Source of the DNA: a virus
Reading direction: 5' to 3' (one strand)
Length of the DNA: 64,000 nucleotides
IMG/VR virus record: IMGVR_UViG_3300025849_000032
Span: 3,129-67,128 of that record
Shown here in pieces: positions 50,541 through 59,762 of this stretch. A program made the position numbers and the translations under genes. Position 1 is the stretch's first letter. Each line of letters starts with the position of its first letter. The notes below the pieces were generated by a model that ran no database searches, was not told the origin of the DNA, and saw only the letters and a list, made by a program, of their open reading frames with translations.

Positions 50541-51184
50541 AGTTTATCGTTATATAAGTGTAAATTGTGTGCATGGTGATAGTACCAACCCGTGTTAATA
50601 TCTAATCGTCTAGCGACTAAAGTTTGCAGCATTGAGAATTGATATTGATCGTTGCAAAAGCCGTACCAGAGATCGTTAGATCGCATATATACAGACATAC
50701 AAAGCTTTAAATCAACTATCGTAAACTGTACAGCATATGTGCAAGGCGTATCATTACTGTATCTGTTCATCTCTTTGGCATCGTATATACTTATAGCAGC
50801 TTGCCTAGTACTAGGATCTGCTTTCAACATGTCTATAATATGCTCGAGCTGATTGTTGCGTTGCCATTGTGCACCGTAGTTTGAATTAACCTCACCTGAT
50901 TCATCAGCCATACGCTTCCATATTGCTGGTACTTTTCCATATATCTCACCTAACCTACTTATATTCGGATCGCCAGATAAATACCATTCCCATTCAGCTT
51001 GTGCGTATTTCTTGCTCCACTTACGTTCTGCATTATGTATATCACGAAGAGCTGGTTGATTAATGTAAAAGCCTACATTAAACAAGGCTTTAGTATTACC
51101 GAATTTATTACCGCCTCGCAGTATAGCATCGTGCATGTATTCGTATGCTTCATTAGCTGATTCAAATTTACTTTTTAATTTCAT
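50537..51184 (-). CDS. Thymidylate-synthase-fold enzyme, most like dCMP hydroxymethylase (T4 gp42 type)
   Basis: GEVNSNYG, DTPCT, MRSNDLWYGFCND (Asp at ThyA Asn177 position), HNLHLY; start 51184 preferred. Confidence 0.75.
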   Translation of the reverse strand: MKLKSKFESANEAYEYMHDAILRGGNKFGNTKALFNVGFYINQPALRDIHNAERKWSKKYAQAEWEWYLSGDPNISRLGEIYGKVPAIWKRMADESGEVNSNYGAQWQRNNQLEHIIDMLKADPSTRQAAISIYDAKEMNRYSNDTPCTYAVQFTIVDLKLCMSVYMRSNDLWYGFCNDQYQFSMLQTLVARRLDINTGWYYHHAHNLHLYNDKL

Positions 51185-51443
51185 TGTGTTTGTCATAGTA
51201 ATATTTACAGTATTCATACATCTTAATTATAGCCTCAGTACCTTTGTATTCTACAGGGTCAAAAGAAGTCTTATCTTTCATCGTTATTTCTATCTTCCAC
51301 ATATCAGCTGTATCCCAAGCTGGGACAACGAAAATACCTATACGGTTTTTTACGCACCATTCCCAGTGTTTAACTTTAGTAGTATCTGCATAATAATATG
51401 GAAGTTTTCTAGACTTATCTTTTTTCTTCTTCTTGAATACCAT
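51168..51443 (-). CDS. Hypothetical protein
   Basis: ORF abutting helicase stop. Confidence 0.65.
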   Translation of the reverse strand: MVFKKKKKDKSRKLPYYYADTTKVKHWEWCVKNRIGIFVVPAWDTADMWKIEITMKDKTSFDPVEYKGTEAIIKMYEYCKYYYDKHNEIKK

Positions 51444-53162
51444 TTACTCCCAAGGCATTGGATCGTTAGCCGAAGTGTCTACAGCTAGCGGTATGTAGCA
51501 ACCAGATTTAGGTTCCCAGTTAAAATGAGCTTCAGCACCATTCTCACCTAAGTTCTGGAACTTAACTTTAAGAACCTTAGCTTTAACAGTCTTAGCCTCA
51601 TAATCTCTGTGAATTAATAAACCATGGTAACTAGCATCATACCATTCGCCACCACCCTTGATGTTGTACATCGTAGGCTCTTCAATCTTACCATCCTTAT
51701 CTTTGTACATCTTAGTAGGGTGAGCTACAACGATTACAAGTACATCATACTTCTTAGCAAACACTTCGATCTTAGTTAGATATTCCATAGTATATCTGTT
51801 AACATCTTCAGTCTTGCTATTTGTATCTCTAACCTTATTATAAGGATCAATAACTAAGCATTTAATACCTTTACGTTTAACTAGCTCAGCACCTTTCTTA
51901 AGTACTTCATCTAAGCTATATCTGTCAGCATCGATAAAATAGTAGTTATCATTTATATGATCTGTAACCTGAACCCATTTATCACTACCAACATCACTTT
52001 TAGTAGGCATACCTTCCCAAGTCTTACGAATAAGCTTGTGAGCATGTAGATAATTAGGCTTGTTCTCAGGAGATGCATAAGCTGTTTTCCAACCGTAGTT
52101 TTTATTATAACCTACACACATTTGATCTACAAAGTCTGACTTACCAGATGATGGTATACCCGTTACAGTAATGAACTGTGAAGTATACGTAGAAAATATG
52201 TTATCAAAGTTTTCTAAACCAATTTGAAAACCAGGTTTAAAACCATTATGCACAAAATCTAATAACTCACCTTCAACATCACGCAGAGTTGATACACCTT
52301 CTAGAGGTACTTGAGATGCTGTATTAATTACTTCGCGTAGCTTTTCTTTACCATGTTCAACTAGAAAGTCATTAGCATCTTTGTTACCGTTAAAATTAAC
52401 TAAGTAACAAACTTCAGCACCTAACCTTCTAATAAACTCTGATCGTAAAGCTTGACCAGCTTCATCAGCATCAACAGCTAATATAATCTTAGTCTTGTCT
52501 TCGAAGTAATCAATACAGTTATCTAAGTAATCTAAATTATTACTATTTAATGTAGCACCATTAGGTACTGATACCACATTTTTAACACCGGCTTCGTGAA
52601 ATGCTAACACATCCATCTCGCCTTCAACAATAACACACCAATCGTAACCGACTATTGAATTAATATTGTAGAATACTTTTTCAGCACCTTTGTACAGCTT
52701 GAAGTTCTTGCGACCATCTCTGTACTTAACGTTGATCAACTGATCTCCCATGAAATAGTTGAACTGAATAGCATTCTCAGTCTTACCAGTTTGTGGCATA
52801 TACTCAGCACCCTCAGTGACCCGAAGGTCATCTAGAGTTTGCTTTGATATACTACGTGTTTTGAACCACTCTTCAACTTTTGTTTCTACTAAAGAACCAA
52901 TACTCTCTTCTGAGGGTCGTACGTATTCTTTAGTTGAATTACCTTTACGTTGGTAAGTATGTAGCTGAAAGCTGTCATCACAGTTATGGCAAGTTCCGAG
53001 ACCCCGTTCCCAATCATAAGAAGCGCATTTGGCTTTCTGATTTTTAGGCTGTCTATCAGCGGAACACAAAGGACAAACTCCTTGTGTCTTACCCGCTTCA
53101 AGACCGTATTGATTGAATTCATCAATCAAAAATCCATTGATCTCTGTACTTTCTACTTGCAT
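51444..53162 (-). CDS. Primase-helicase (T7 gp4/Twinkle-like)
   Basis: CPLC..CHNC zinc ribbon, TOPRIM EGEMD and DADEAG, Walker A GIPSSGKS, LVIDPY, VAHP. Confidence 0.92.
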   Translation of the reverse strand: MQVESTEINGFLIDEFNQYGLEAGKTQGVCPLCSADRQPKNQKAKCASYDWERGLGTCHNCDDSFQLHTYQRKGNSTKEYVRPSEESIGSLVETKVEEWFKTRSISKQTLDDLRVTEGAEYMPQTGKTENAIQFNYFMGDQLINVKYRDGRKNFKLYKGAEKVFYNINSIVGYDWCVIVEGEMDVLAFHEAGVKNVVSVPNGATLNSNNLDYLDNCIDYFEDKTKIILAVDADEAGQALRSEFIRRLGAEVCYLVNFNGNKDANDFLVEHGKEKLREVINTASQVPLEGVSTLRDVEGELLDFVHNGFKPGFQIGLENFDNIFSTYTSQFITVTGIPSSGKSDFVDQMCVGYNKNYGWKTAYASPENKPNYLHAHKLIRKTWEGMPTKSDVGSDKWVQVTDHINDNYYFIDADRYSLDEVLKKGAELVKRKGIKCLVIDPYNKVRDTNSKTEDVNRYTMEYLTKIEVFAKKYDVLVIVVAHPTKMYKDKDGKIEEPTMYNIKGGGEWYDASYHGLLIHRDYEAKTVKAKVLKVKFQNLGENGAEAHFNWEPKSGCYIPLAVDTSANDPMPWE

Positions 53163-53163
53163 A

Positions 53164-53475
53164 CTAGAATGGCAAATCGTCTGGTTCAGCTACAGCAGCT
53201 TTTGCAGGAGCAGGAGCTCCATCCTCACGAGGTGCGGTTTGCACGTTGTCACCATTAGTCCATACAACCTTAACATTACCTAAGTAAGTTTTAGGGTTTT
53301 TAGCATCGCGCTCATCTTTAGACTGCTCAACACATACTGGACCTTGATTACCGAACTGATCTACATCATCACTGAGTGTGATTGTAATTGGTAAATATGA
53401 ACCTTTTTTACCTTTAAAGATCTTATCTTTAGGTATTGCTTCTAGGTTGATGCTTGTTTTAATGATACTTGCCAT
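53164..53475 (-). CDS. Probable single-stranded DNA-binding protein
   Basis: Small beta-rich domain, flexible tail ending DDLPF. Confidence 0.7.
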   Translation of the reverse strand: MASIIKTSINLEAIPKDKIFKGKKGSYLPITITLSDDVDQFGNQGPVCVEQSKDERDAKNPKTYLGNVKVVWTNGDNVQTAPREDGAPAPAKAAVAEPDDLPF

Positions 53476-53480
53476 AATTT

Positions 53481-53753
53481 TTATCCTTTAATCATTGTTA
53501 CTAATTTTCTTACTTGATCTACTGATGCGTTCGTTGTTCTACGAAAGTTATCAATTGATTTGTGGTAAGGGTGCAGACCGTCTGTCGCATTGTGGTTTAC
53601 ATAAAAGTTCTTAGTATTAGCTTCGAACTTGTTGCCTGTAATTGTACAGGTTTTCATTGCAGGTTTACCATTGGTTGTTCTGCGGTTTGTGGTAGTGGTT
53701 TTTGTTTTTGCCATCGTTTTAGATTTTAGCAGGTTAGTAAAAAAATTAATCAT
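53481..53753 (-). CDS. Hypothetical basic protein
   Basis: ORF downstream of class I promoter; NFY......DGL motif. Confidence 0.6.
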   Translation of the reverse strand: MINFFTNLLKSKTMAKTKTTTTNRRTTNGKPAMKTCTITGNKFEANTKNFYVNHNATDGLHPYHKSIDNFRRTTNASVDQVRKLVTMIKG

Positions 53754-53777
53754 TGTTTATTTGTTTTTATGTTCATA

Positions 53778-53811
53778 TATATTATCCGAAAGCGATCGTA
53801 TTTATATTGTA
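53778..53811 (-). promoter_or_regulatory. Class I (early) promoter copy
   Basis: TACAATATAAATACGA-N9-GATAATATA on minus strand. Confidence 0.75.
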
Positions 53812-53812
53812 T

Positions 53813-54547
53813 TTAGAGTGTATCGTTTAATAAAAATTGTTTAAAGTCAAACTCTTCGTCTCCGTAATATAAGTCATAAGCCTCTGAAGCTCTACGAACT
53901 TTATCTTCACCGCGTTTATAAAAATCTGGTGAGCAATCGAATACACCGATCTGTTTAGTGTTTTTATCTATAACTATGAATACCATTTCATACCCGAATA
54001 ACTTACTGTATATATAAGCTTGGCTATCGTAGTTATACTTAGAAGCTGACCATCTGAACTTTTCAATATCAGAAGTTGTCTTAAGGTCAATCACAAGTTT
54101 TTCATCGTGGTTAACTATATCAGCCTTACCTTTCCACATATTACCAAACAGTTCTATAACGGCAGGTTCTTCGTATATGTAGTTACCAAGTACAGGTGCT
54201 ATTAAGTCTCTGCAAACATCGTTAGCCATTACAGCTTCTTGCATTAATTCTACTTGATCAACCTCGTGTTGTAGTAGACACATTTCTCCTTCTGATAATT
54301 CTTTGTACTTCTTAGTGTTTCTAGTTGTAGCTTCAACTATTTTAAAACTATTAAGTTTTTCAGGTTCAAGAATTGCTGTGTGGAAATAACCACCTACTAA
54401 GAAAGCTGGTATGTTAGCTTGTTTATCTCGTAGTCTAGCTGGATTTTTAAGCAACGTACCTATATTAGAGTTACTTAAAAACTGTTGACCAAACTCTCCG
54501 TAGTAGTCTTCATCGTTTCTTAAACGATCTATTATTTTTTTAGTCAT
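53813..54547 (-). CDS. PD-(D/E)xK exonuclease (RecE/exonuclease VIII-like)
   Basis: LSNS, GGYFHTAILEP, KGKADI, IDLKTT, YDSQAYIY. Confidence 0.85.
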   Translation of the reverse strand: MTKKIIDRLRNDEDYYGEFGQQFLSNSNIGTLLKNPARLRDKQANIPAFLVGGYFHTAILEPEKLNSFKIVEATTRNTKKYKELSEGEMCLLQHEVDQVELMQEAVMANDVCRDLIAPVLGNYIYEEPAVIELFGNMWKGKADIVNHDEKLVIDLKTTSDIEKFRWSASKYNYDSQAYIYSKLFGYEMVFIVIDKNTKQIGVFDCSPDFYKRGEDKVRRASEAYDLYYGDEEFDFKQFLLNDTL

Positions 54548-55091
54548 TTTCCTTGATATTTACGTTATGTCTTAATATCTTTTTCTGCTGAGCAGTTAAA
54601 GTATATTTAGACTCTATAGCACTTACTTCACCTCCATTAGCTATATACTCTACAGCTTTTTTCATTTGTGCATCAGTTATCTTAGCCTTCTCTTTCTTAA
54701 CAGGAGGTTGACCGGCATCTGCATCTTCAGTGTCATCTATTAATAATAGATTACCTAATGCATACTTTTTACCATAAGTGGAAGCTGCACCGAATTGCTG
54801 AGATGTTTGCATACCTTTTTGATTAAGGTCTACACCGACTATTGCTGTTGCTGTGATTTGATTTTCGCCATCGGAGATGATAGCTGTGGATTTCATCATA
54901 GGTACGGGATCTGTCCCTATAATTTCTTCAGTCATCGTTACTGTAACGAGCTGCTCTAATAAGAAAGGCTTTATAGCCTCGAGGATGTCTTCCGCTTTTC
55001 GAAAGTAATACTTTCCGAATGAGTTGTAGGAAGATTTTTTAGCTTTTAATTCAGTCTGAATTACTGCTAGACTTTTGTTTAGTTTATTCAT
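54540..55091 (-). CDS. ERF-family single-strand annealing recombinase
   Basis: YNSFGKY, EDILEAIKP, QQFGAASTYGKKYALGNLLLIDD.EDAD. Confidence 0.88.
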   Translation of the reverse strand: MNKLNKSLAVIQTELKAKKSSYNSFGKYYFRKAEDILEAIKPFLLEQLVTVTMTEEIIGTDPVPMMKSTAIISDGENQITATAIVGVDLNQKGMQTSQQFGAASTYGKKYALGNLLLIDDTEDADAGQPPVKKEKAKITDAQMKKAVEYIANGGEVSAIESKYTLTAQQKKILRHNVNIKEND

Positions 55092-55112
55092 TGGCTTTTG
55101 GTTTATTGGTAC

Positions 55113-55143
55113 CTATATAATCACATAAAGGCCCCAAGATTTA
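55113..55143 (-). promoter_or_regulatory. Class II promoter candidate upstream of ERF gene
   Basis: Minus strand TAAAT cttggggccttta TGTGAttatatag, same 13-nt spacer. Confidence 0.7.
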
Positions 55144-55162
55144 ACATTATTTTAAGCTTAAT

Positions 55163-55918
55163 TTACAGATAATCAACCACTTGCGAGTGAGGGACAGTTT
55201 CTATTAGCTTTTGTATTGCTTGCTTTTTAAGCTGTGAAATACGCACATAAGAGCTAGTACCTTTAATACCTAATACGTCTGCAATTCCTTTAGCCTGCAT
55301 CTTATCACAGTCAAGGCCATATGACAATCTTAACACTTGGTATTCTTTAGGGTTTAAGTTCTCCATCATTACACCTTTTAAATAAGCTAGAAGAAGATCT
55401 TTATTATAACCGCTAGTGTTGTCTGGTATATCATACGCAGAATCTGTTTCATCGTTTTTCTTGTCTAAACTTAAAAACACAGAATTAAAGAATAGTGCAA
55501 CCATTTTTTTATCTTCACCAAAATCTTTACGTATTTCATTTAATTTATGTTCTGGTATACGCATGGTACCTCTATTCATATCAATACCTCGACGTATAGC
55601 ACCACGTATTCTTTTAGCTAGAAAAGATTTTAATCTTTGTTCTTGATCTTCAGCCGCGTTTATTAGATCCCATTGTATCTTATCTACTGCGGCAACCAAA
55701 CCTAAGCTACCTTCTTGTATAAAATCTGTCACATCCATAGCACCTGATGCTTGCTGTGAAGTTGAAAACTTTCTGGCTAGATTCTCTACTAAAGGTAAAA
55801 ACGTTACTATTAATTCATCTCTAGTATACTCATTAAATTGTTTTTTACCTATTAGCCGTATGCTCTCTTTAACATCGTCTTTATATCTAATATAGTTCTG
55901 TATATTGTATTTTTTCAT
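55163..55918 (-). CDS. Sigma-70 family RNA polymerase sigma factor (group 3-like)
   Basis: LPLVENLARKF, DFIQEGSLGLVAAVDK, RIRGAI, MRIP, SLD, LNPKEYQVLRLSYGL..IADVLGI..VRISQL region 2/3/4 motifs. Confidence 0.92.
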   Translation of the reverse strand: MKKYNIQNYIRYKDDVKESIRLIGKKQFNEYTRDELIVTFLPLVENLARKFSTSQQASGAMDVTDFIQEGSLGLVAAVDKIQWDLINAAEDQEQRLKSFLAKRIRGAIRRGIDMNRGTMRIPEHKLNEIRKDFGEDKKMVALFFNSVFLSLDKKNDETDSAYDIPDNTSGYNKDLLLAYLKGVMMENLNPKEYQVLRLSYGLDCDKMQAKGIADVLGIKGTSSYVRISQLKKQAIQKLIETVPHSQVVDYL

Positions 55919-56553
55919 CTTGCATAGTTTAATATTTCTTTTTCTTTCTTTAATTCATTGCACATGTTGCGATGTATTGTTCGCACAGAACAGTCTAATA
56001 AGCCTGCTAGGGATCGTATCGTAATCTTTTTTCCCATATCGTTAATATCTATCATACATTGATAAATATCATCAGTATGGATCCGTTTTGATCTACCTAT
56101 TAATTGCCCTACTATCTTTAATTTATCTGATTTTTCCAAGCCAGTACTCATCTTGAATATTACTTTACGTAATTTGTTTTTTGGCGGAGCATCAAGATCA
56201 GACATATACACATCGTGAATTATCCTATCTAGTGATGCTTCCGATATACTAAAAGTGCAAAAGCCATTAGATTTATCAGCGATAAATTTAGTAAGCTCTG
56301 TAAAAGAATCAGTATCTAGTTTAGGGTTTAAGTACCACAATACAAGTAAATGCCATTTTAAACTTTTAAAAGTATTAATCTTAGCTTTACTTTTGAATAG
56401 ATCAAATGCATTATAAGTACCTTCCTCGTAAAACCAATAATGATTAGTCTCTGAGGTTGGTGGTTCTAATTTAGTATTAGGATCTAATCTTGTAATAATT
56501 CTATTACGATGCAACCAATGTATATTCCTATCGATGCTACCTTTGTGTGACAT
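55915..56553 (-). CDS. DNA-binding protein with possible PriCT-like domain and C-terminal HTH (candidate origin-binding/Rep-like protein)
   Basis: SNGFCTFSISEASLDRIIHDVY; ITIRSLAGLLDCSVRTIHRN HTH. Confidence 0.6.
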   Translation of the reverse strand: MSHKGSIDRNIHWLHRNRIITRLDPNTKLEPPTSETNHYWFYEEGTYNAFDLFKSKAKINTFKSLKWHLLVLWYLNPKLDTDSFTELTKFIADKSNGFCTFSISEASLDRIIHDVYMSDLDAPPKNKLRKVIFKMSTGLEKSDKLKIVGQLIGRSKRIHTDDIYQCMIDINDMGKKITIRSLAGLLDCSVRTIHRNMCNELKKEKEILNYAR

Positions 56554-56592
56554 TAGCCAGTTACTATAGTACTAGATAGGCTTTTGTCACAG
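56545..56592. repeat. Inverted-repeat site GTGTGACATTAG-N-AGGCTWTTGTCACAG, copy 1
   Basis: TGTGACA 56546-56552 and TGTCACA 56585-56591; near-identical copy at 63948-63996. Confidence 0.85.
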
Positions 56593-56690
56593 TCCGCCTG
56601 TAACGTAGCAATAATAATCCGTTTTTCTTCGTCATGAGGATATTTAATTTCATTAAATTCCCTGATTTGTTGTTTAAGGTCTTCGGTCAT
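56553..56690 (-). CDS. Small protein, 45 aa (MTEDLKQQIREFNEIKYP...), not in ORF track
   Basis: ATG 56690, stop overlaps next ATG (TAATG). Confidence 0.55.
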   Translation of the reverse strand: MTEDLKQQIREFNEIKYPHDEEKRIIIATLQADCDKSLSSTIVTG

Positions 56691-57147
56691 AAATTAATTC
56701 TTTATTAGGGTTTGCTACTAAATGTTTTTCGCCAATGTAATAATTCCAGTAAGCTTGAATACTACAATCAGTTTTATACTCGTCTGGCATACACTGAGGC
56801 ATTTCTGTTAGACCAATATCTGGTATACCTCTAGGAGGAGATGACAATATGTCATGACACTTTGTCCACGACAGATGTATTCTACCATACCTAGCTGTAT
56901 ACTCAGATGCTAAAGCCTTAAAATGATTGTACAACCACATATAGTTTGCACGTGATGTTCTAGCCCAGATGCTTGATGGATGATTTAAGTGTGCTACCTT
57001 GTAAGGAACAATGGCATCGTCACCTAAAACAGCGTGGTGTGCTGTACATAGCATTTGAGCAGACTCTAAGGGCATTTTAACTACATGCTTGTTATACTGT
57101 ATTTTAGCGGCTTTAACTGGATCTTTATCTAAATAAAATATATTCAT
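56674..57147 (-). CDS. Pyrimidine-dimer DNA glycosylase (T4 endonuclease V)-like protein
   Basis: MNIFYLD..P..AA....KHVVKM.LESAQML, HLNHP, EY..RYGRIH, PQCMPDEYK; start 57147. Confidence 0.75.
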   Translation of the reverse strand: MNIFYLDKDPVKAAKIQYNKHVVKMPLESAQMLCTAHHAVLGDDAIVPYKVAHLNHPSSIWARTSRANYMWLYNHFKALASEYTARYGRIHLSWTKCHDILSSPPRGIPDIGLTEMPQCMPDEYKTDCSIQAYWNYYIGEKHLVANPNKELIYDRRP

Positions 57148-57148
57148 A

Positions 57149-57409
57149 CTAATTTTTAAAGCCAGTAACTTCCTTGCGTTCATTAGCAATTTCAATAACT
57201 GAAGCTTCTAGAGCATCAAGCCTCTGCATAATCATAGCAAAACCTTCATTTGTTTGATCAGCGATAGCTTGATCGGTTTCTTCTAAAACCTTTATCTTAG
57301 GGTTAACAGGCTTTTGTCCTGATTTAATTAATAATAGTATAGTAGGTGCAATACCAAAAAACATAATTGCAACCGCTGCTATTGTACTAGTTATATAAGT
57401 ATAATTCAT
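57149..57409 (-). CDS. Membrane-anchored hypothetical protein
   Basis: N-terminal hydrophobic helix, coiled coil. Confidence 0.65.
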   Translation of the reverse strand: MNYTYITSTIAAVAIMFFGIAPTILLLIKSGQKPVNPKIKVLEETDQAIADQTNEGFAMIMQRLDALEASVIEIANERKEVTGFKN

Positions 57410-57410
57410 A

Positions 57411-57539
57411 TTAGTCTTCTTTATTATTTAATTCTATTAATTCTGCTATTGTCATTTCTTCTACCTCTTCTCGAGTGTAGTGATCCTTGTTGGCTTGGTA
57501 TGCTCTTTCCCAAGGGTCAATTGTTTCATAGTTATTCAT
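57411..57539 (-). CDS. Small acidic protein, 42 aa, not in ORF track
   Basis: MNNYETIDPWERAYQANKDHY...; fills the gap between ligase and next gene. Confidence 0.55.
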   Translation of the reverse strand: MNNYETIDPWERAYQANKDHYTREEVEEMTIAELIELNNKED

Positions 57540-58386
57540 AATCTCTTATACATTTAAATAAAGGGTGACGGTAACTGTTTGCTTTAGTACGTTCGAAGTA
57601 TGTAAACGTAGCAGTTTTACCAACCCAGGTTTGCATTTGTTTAAAATTTGTTTGTAACTTTTTAAAGTTGTCCATCACAGGTATGCCGAACTGTATACCT
57701 TCAGAGTCTATAGCTAGAAACTTACCGATAGTACCGATACGTTTGCCTTTACCTTCAACCCAACCTGTTATTTGAGCTTCAGAGTCGTGAAAGTCTTTGA
57801 ATTTACGTAAGCTGTGAGATCGCTTAGTTTGGTAAGGCGTATTTATACGTAGTATAGAGCCTTCGAAACCTTTAGATAAGTTTATGCCGTGAATTTGCTT
57901 AGCATACTTTTCTGCGTAAATCTCGTGTGTTTCAACGTGTTTAATAATGTGATTGTTAGGGACATTATTACGTATCCATTCATCACGTACATCAAAGTTC
58001 ACATTATCGTGCGTTCTAAGGCCGTCTAAGATAGCATCATAACAATGAAACTGAACTAATCGTTGTGATTCATCGCGGTGTTCTGATGTAGGTTTTGTTT
58101 TACGAACACAAGATATAATCTTTTCGAAATCATTCTTAAGATCGTGGTTGTATAATTCGCCATCGAGTACTACATCAGGGTTTAACTGAAAGAAAGGCTT
58201 TAGATTAAACAGTACGTGGTCAATATTTTTCCACTCTTTACCTGTACGTGAGTAAGCTGTTACAATGCTATTGTCACACTGTATAACACAACGAACACCG
58301 TCCAGTTTAGGTTGTATAAAATTCTTGACTGAATAGTCAATTGGTTTTTTACTGACTGGATATGCCAGCATTGGTTTGTATCGCAT
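57532..58386 (-). CDS. ATP-dependent DNA ligase
   Basis: QPKLDGVR (KxDG), LDGELY, FEGSILR, KFK, RHPLF. Confidence 0.92.
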   Translation of the reverse strand: MRYKPMLAYPVSKKPIDYSVKNFIQPKLDGVRCVIQCDNSIVTAYSRTGKEWKNIDHVLFNLKPFFQLNPDVVLDGELYNHDLKNDFEKIISCVRKTKPTSEHRDESQRLVQFHCYDAILDGLRTHDNVNFDVRDEWIRNNVPNNHIIKHVETHEIYAEKYAKQIHGINLSKGFEGSILRINTPYQTKRSHSLRKFKDFHDSEAQITGWVEGKGKRIGTIGKFLAIDSEGIQFGIPVMDNFKKLQTNFKQMQTWVGKTATFTYFERTKANSYRHPLFKCIRDYE

Positions 58387-58400
58387 ATTTTATTGTTTAT

Positions 58401-58434
58401 TATATTATCTTTTAGTGATCGTATTTAGTTTGTA
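58401..58434 (-). promoter_or_regulatory. Class I promoter copy upstream of ligase
   Basis: TACAAACTAAATACGA-N9-GATAATATA. Confidence 0.8.
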
Positions 58435-58792
58435 AATCCATAGGTTTACCTACAAATATGCATTTATCTTTTCGAACTAACTTTTTACAACAGTCGGGTT
58501 GATCGCATATAGCTTCGTCACTGACTTTAAACACACTAATCCATGTAGATTTATCTAAGTGTTGCCAAATGTAGTATATATAGTCAAGATCTCCGCGTTG
58601 TGTATCTAAACTGTCTATTTCTAAATTATCAATTTTAGTACTATCTACTAAAGAATCTGCTATATCTAAACCTAAACCTTCCGGGTAACCATCACTGTGT
58701 CTGTATAATTGTGCATGCCATTTCTCTGGATGCTCACTAAACGATACTCCTTCTTCTCGTGTAGCAAATCTGATTATTGCTCTAGTTGACAT
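58412..58792 (-). CDS. Conserved early phage protein (MSTRA...YRHSDGYP)
   Basis: HxDGYP motif; ATG 58792 preferred. Confidence 0.7.
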   Translation of the reverse strand: MSTRAIIRFATREEGVSFSEHPEKWHAQLYRHSDGYPEGLGLDIADSLVDSTKIDNLEIDSLDTQRGDLDYIYYIWQHLDKSTWISVFKVSDEAICDQPDCCKKLVRKDKCIFVGKPMDLQTKYDH

Positions 58793-58898
58793 ACATATAA
58801 ACATAAAGTGCACCTAAGCACGTTCCTAAAAACCATCCGAAAAATAATCCTACTAGCGTGTAGTAGGCTACGTTTTTTAATTTACTTGTACTATTCAT
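58782..58898 (-). CDS. Tiny single-TM protein, 38 aa
   Basis: MNSTSKLKNVAYYTLVGLFFGWFLGTCLGALYVYMYVN. Confidence 0.55.
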   Translation of the reverse strand: MNSTSKLKNVAYYTLVGLFFGWFLGTCLGALYVYMYVN

Positions 58899-58977
58899 TG
58901 TTTTTTACTTTAAATGCATTCATTATTGTTACTAATGCTAATGCTGTTACTAATATAATTATAATGTTTTCTATCAT
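58891..58977 (-). CDS. Tiny single-TM protein, 28 aa
   Basis: MIENIIIILVTALALVTIMNAFKVKNNE; ATGA overlap with upstream gene. Confidence 0.55.
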   Translation of the reverse strand: MIENIIIILVTALALVTIMNAFKVKNNE

Positions 58978-59201
58978 ATCATCTTATTTTTGTTAACTTG
59001 TGAATCTATTATGGTTGAACCCCAGCTGTAACAAGCTTGAGGCGAAGAGAATTTTCTTGAGTACTCTGTCAACCAATTACCAGTTTTATCGCTTTTTCTG
59101 TATATACCACAGATCCAGCCTGAATCTTTCTCTGATAGTGGAGATACTTGTATCCACCAACCATCATCTAAGAATCTATTATGTTCAGTTTTCATACTCA
59201 T
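58974..59201 (-). CDS. Hypothetical early protein
   Basis: Trp-rich 75 aa ORF in overlapping chain. Confidence 0.6.
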   Translation of the reverse strand: MSMKTEHNRFLDDGWWIQVSPLSEKDSGWICGIYRKSDKTGNWLTEYSRKFSSPQACYSWGSTIIDSQVNKNKMI

Positions 59202-59439
59202 TGTATAAGTTCACCATACCGTCAATTAAAGATCTGCCGTTAGCAGTGTGAAAGCCATAACTATGAGTGTGAAGACCATCTATCGGTCTATTTTCTAATA
59301 GTAATTGCATTAATTCGTAAGAATCATAATCAACCTCAGCTGATATATCAGTTATAGCACACGCTAGTGCTTCACAGTTATGTCTAGGTGTCATACCTAG
59401 ATCTTCTGTTATATACTTTTCTACTTGACCTGCTGTCAT
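59185..59439 (-). CDS. Hypothetical early protein
   Basis: ATGA overlap with upstream gene. Confidence 0.65.
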   Translation of the reverse strand: MTAGQVEKYITEDLGMTPRHNCEALACAITDISAEVDYDSYELMQLLLENRPIDGLHTHSYGFHTANGRSLIDGMVNLYNEYEN

Positions 59440-59762
59440 CCTAATAAATCTATTTTGCTTAATAATTCTTTTGCTTTTTTCTCCACCATTTGGTCTAAGT
59501 AGTTTATTTCCATGTTTCTTGTGATAAGCTGTCTTAACTCATTCCAGTCATAGCTACACCATGGATCACTTGGTTGTTCACAAAACCTTGTCATCGCATG
59601 CTCTTTATGCACTTTACTATACCAACTTAAGCAATTACGATTTGGCTTATTCGTATTCCGTTGCCCGAAACCGCATAGCTCGGCTACAATGTCATCAGCT
59701 TTTTGCCTTATCTGCTGCATAGCCTTAGCTCTTAACTGTTTTTCTATTTCGTTTGTTGTCAT
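59436..59762 (-). CDS. Hypothetical early protein
   Basis: 108 aa ORF in overlapping chain. Confidence 0.65.
   Translation of the reverse strand: MTTNEIEKQLRAKAMQQIRQKADDIVAELCGFGQRNTNKPNRNCLSWYSKVHKEHAMTRFCEQPSDPWCSYDWNELRQLITRNMEINYLDQMVEKKAKELLSKIDLLG

Noticed and set aside
58840-58867. Hairpin CCTACTA-N5-TAGTAGG with T-run on minus strand as a terminator
   Set aside because: Falls within a plausible 38-aa TM ORF and the stem is AT-rich; not supportable
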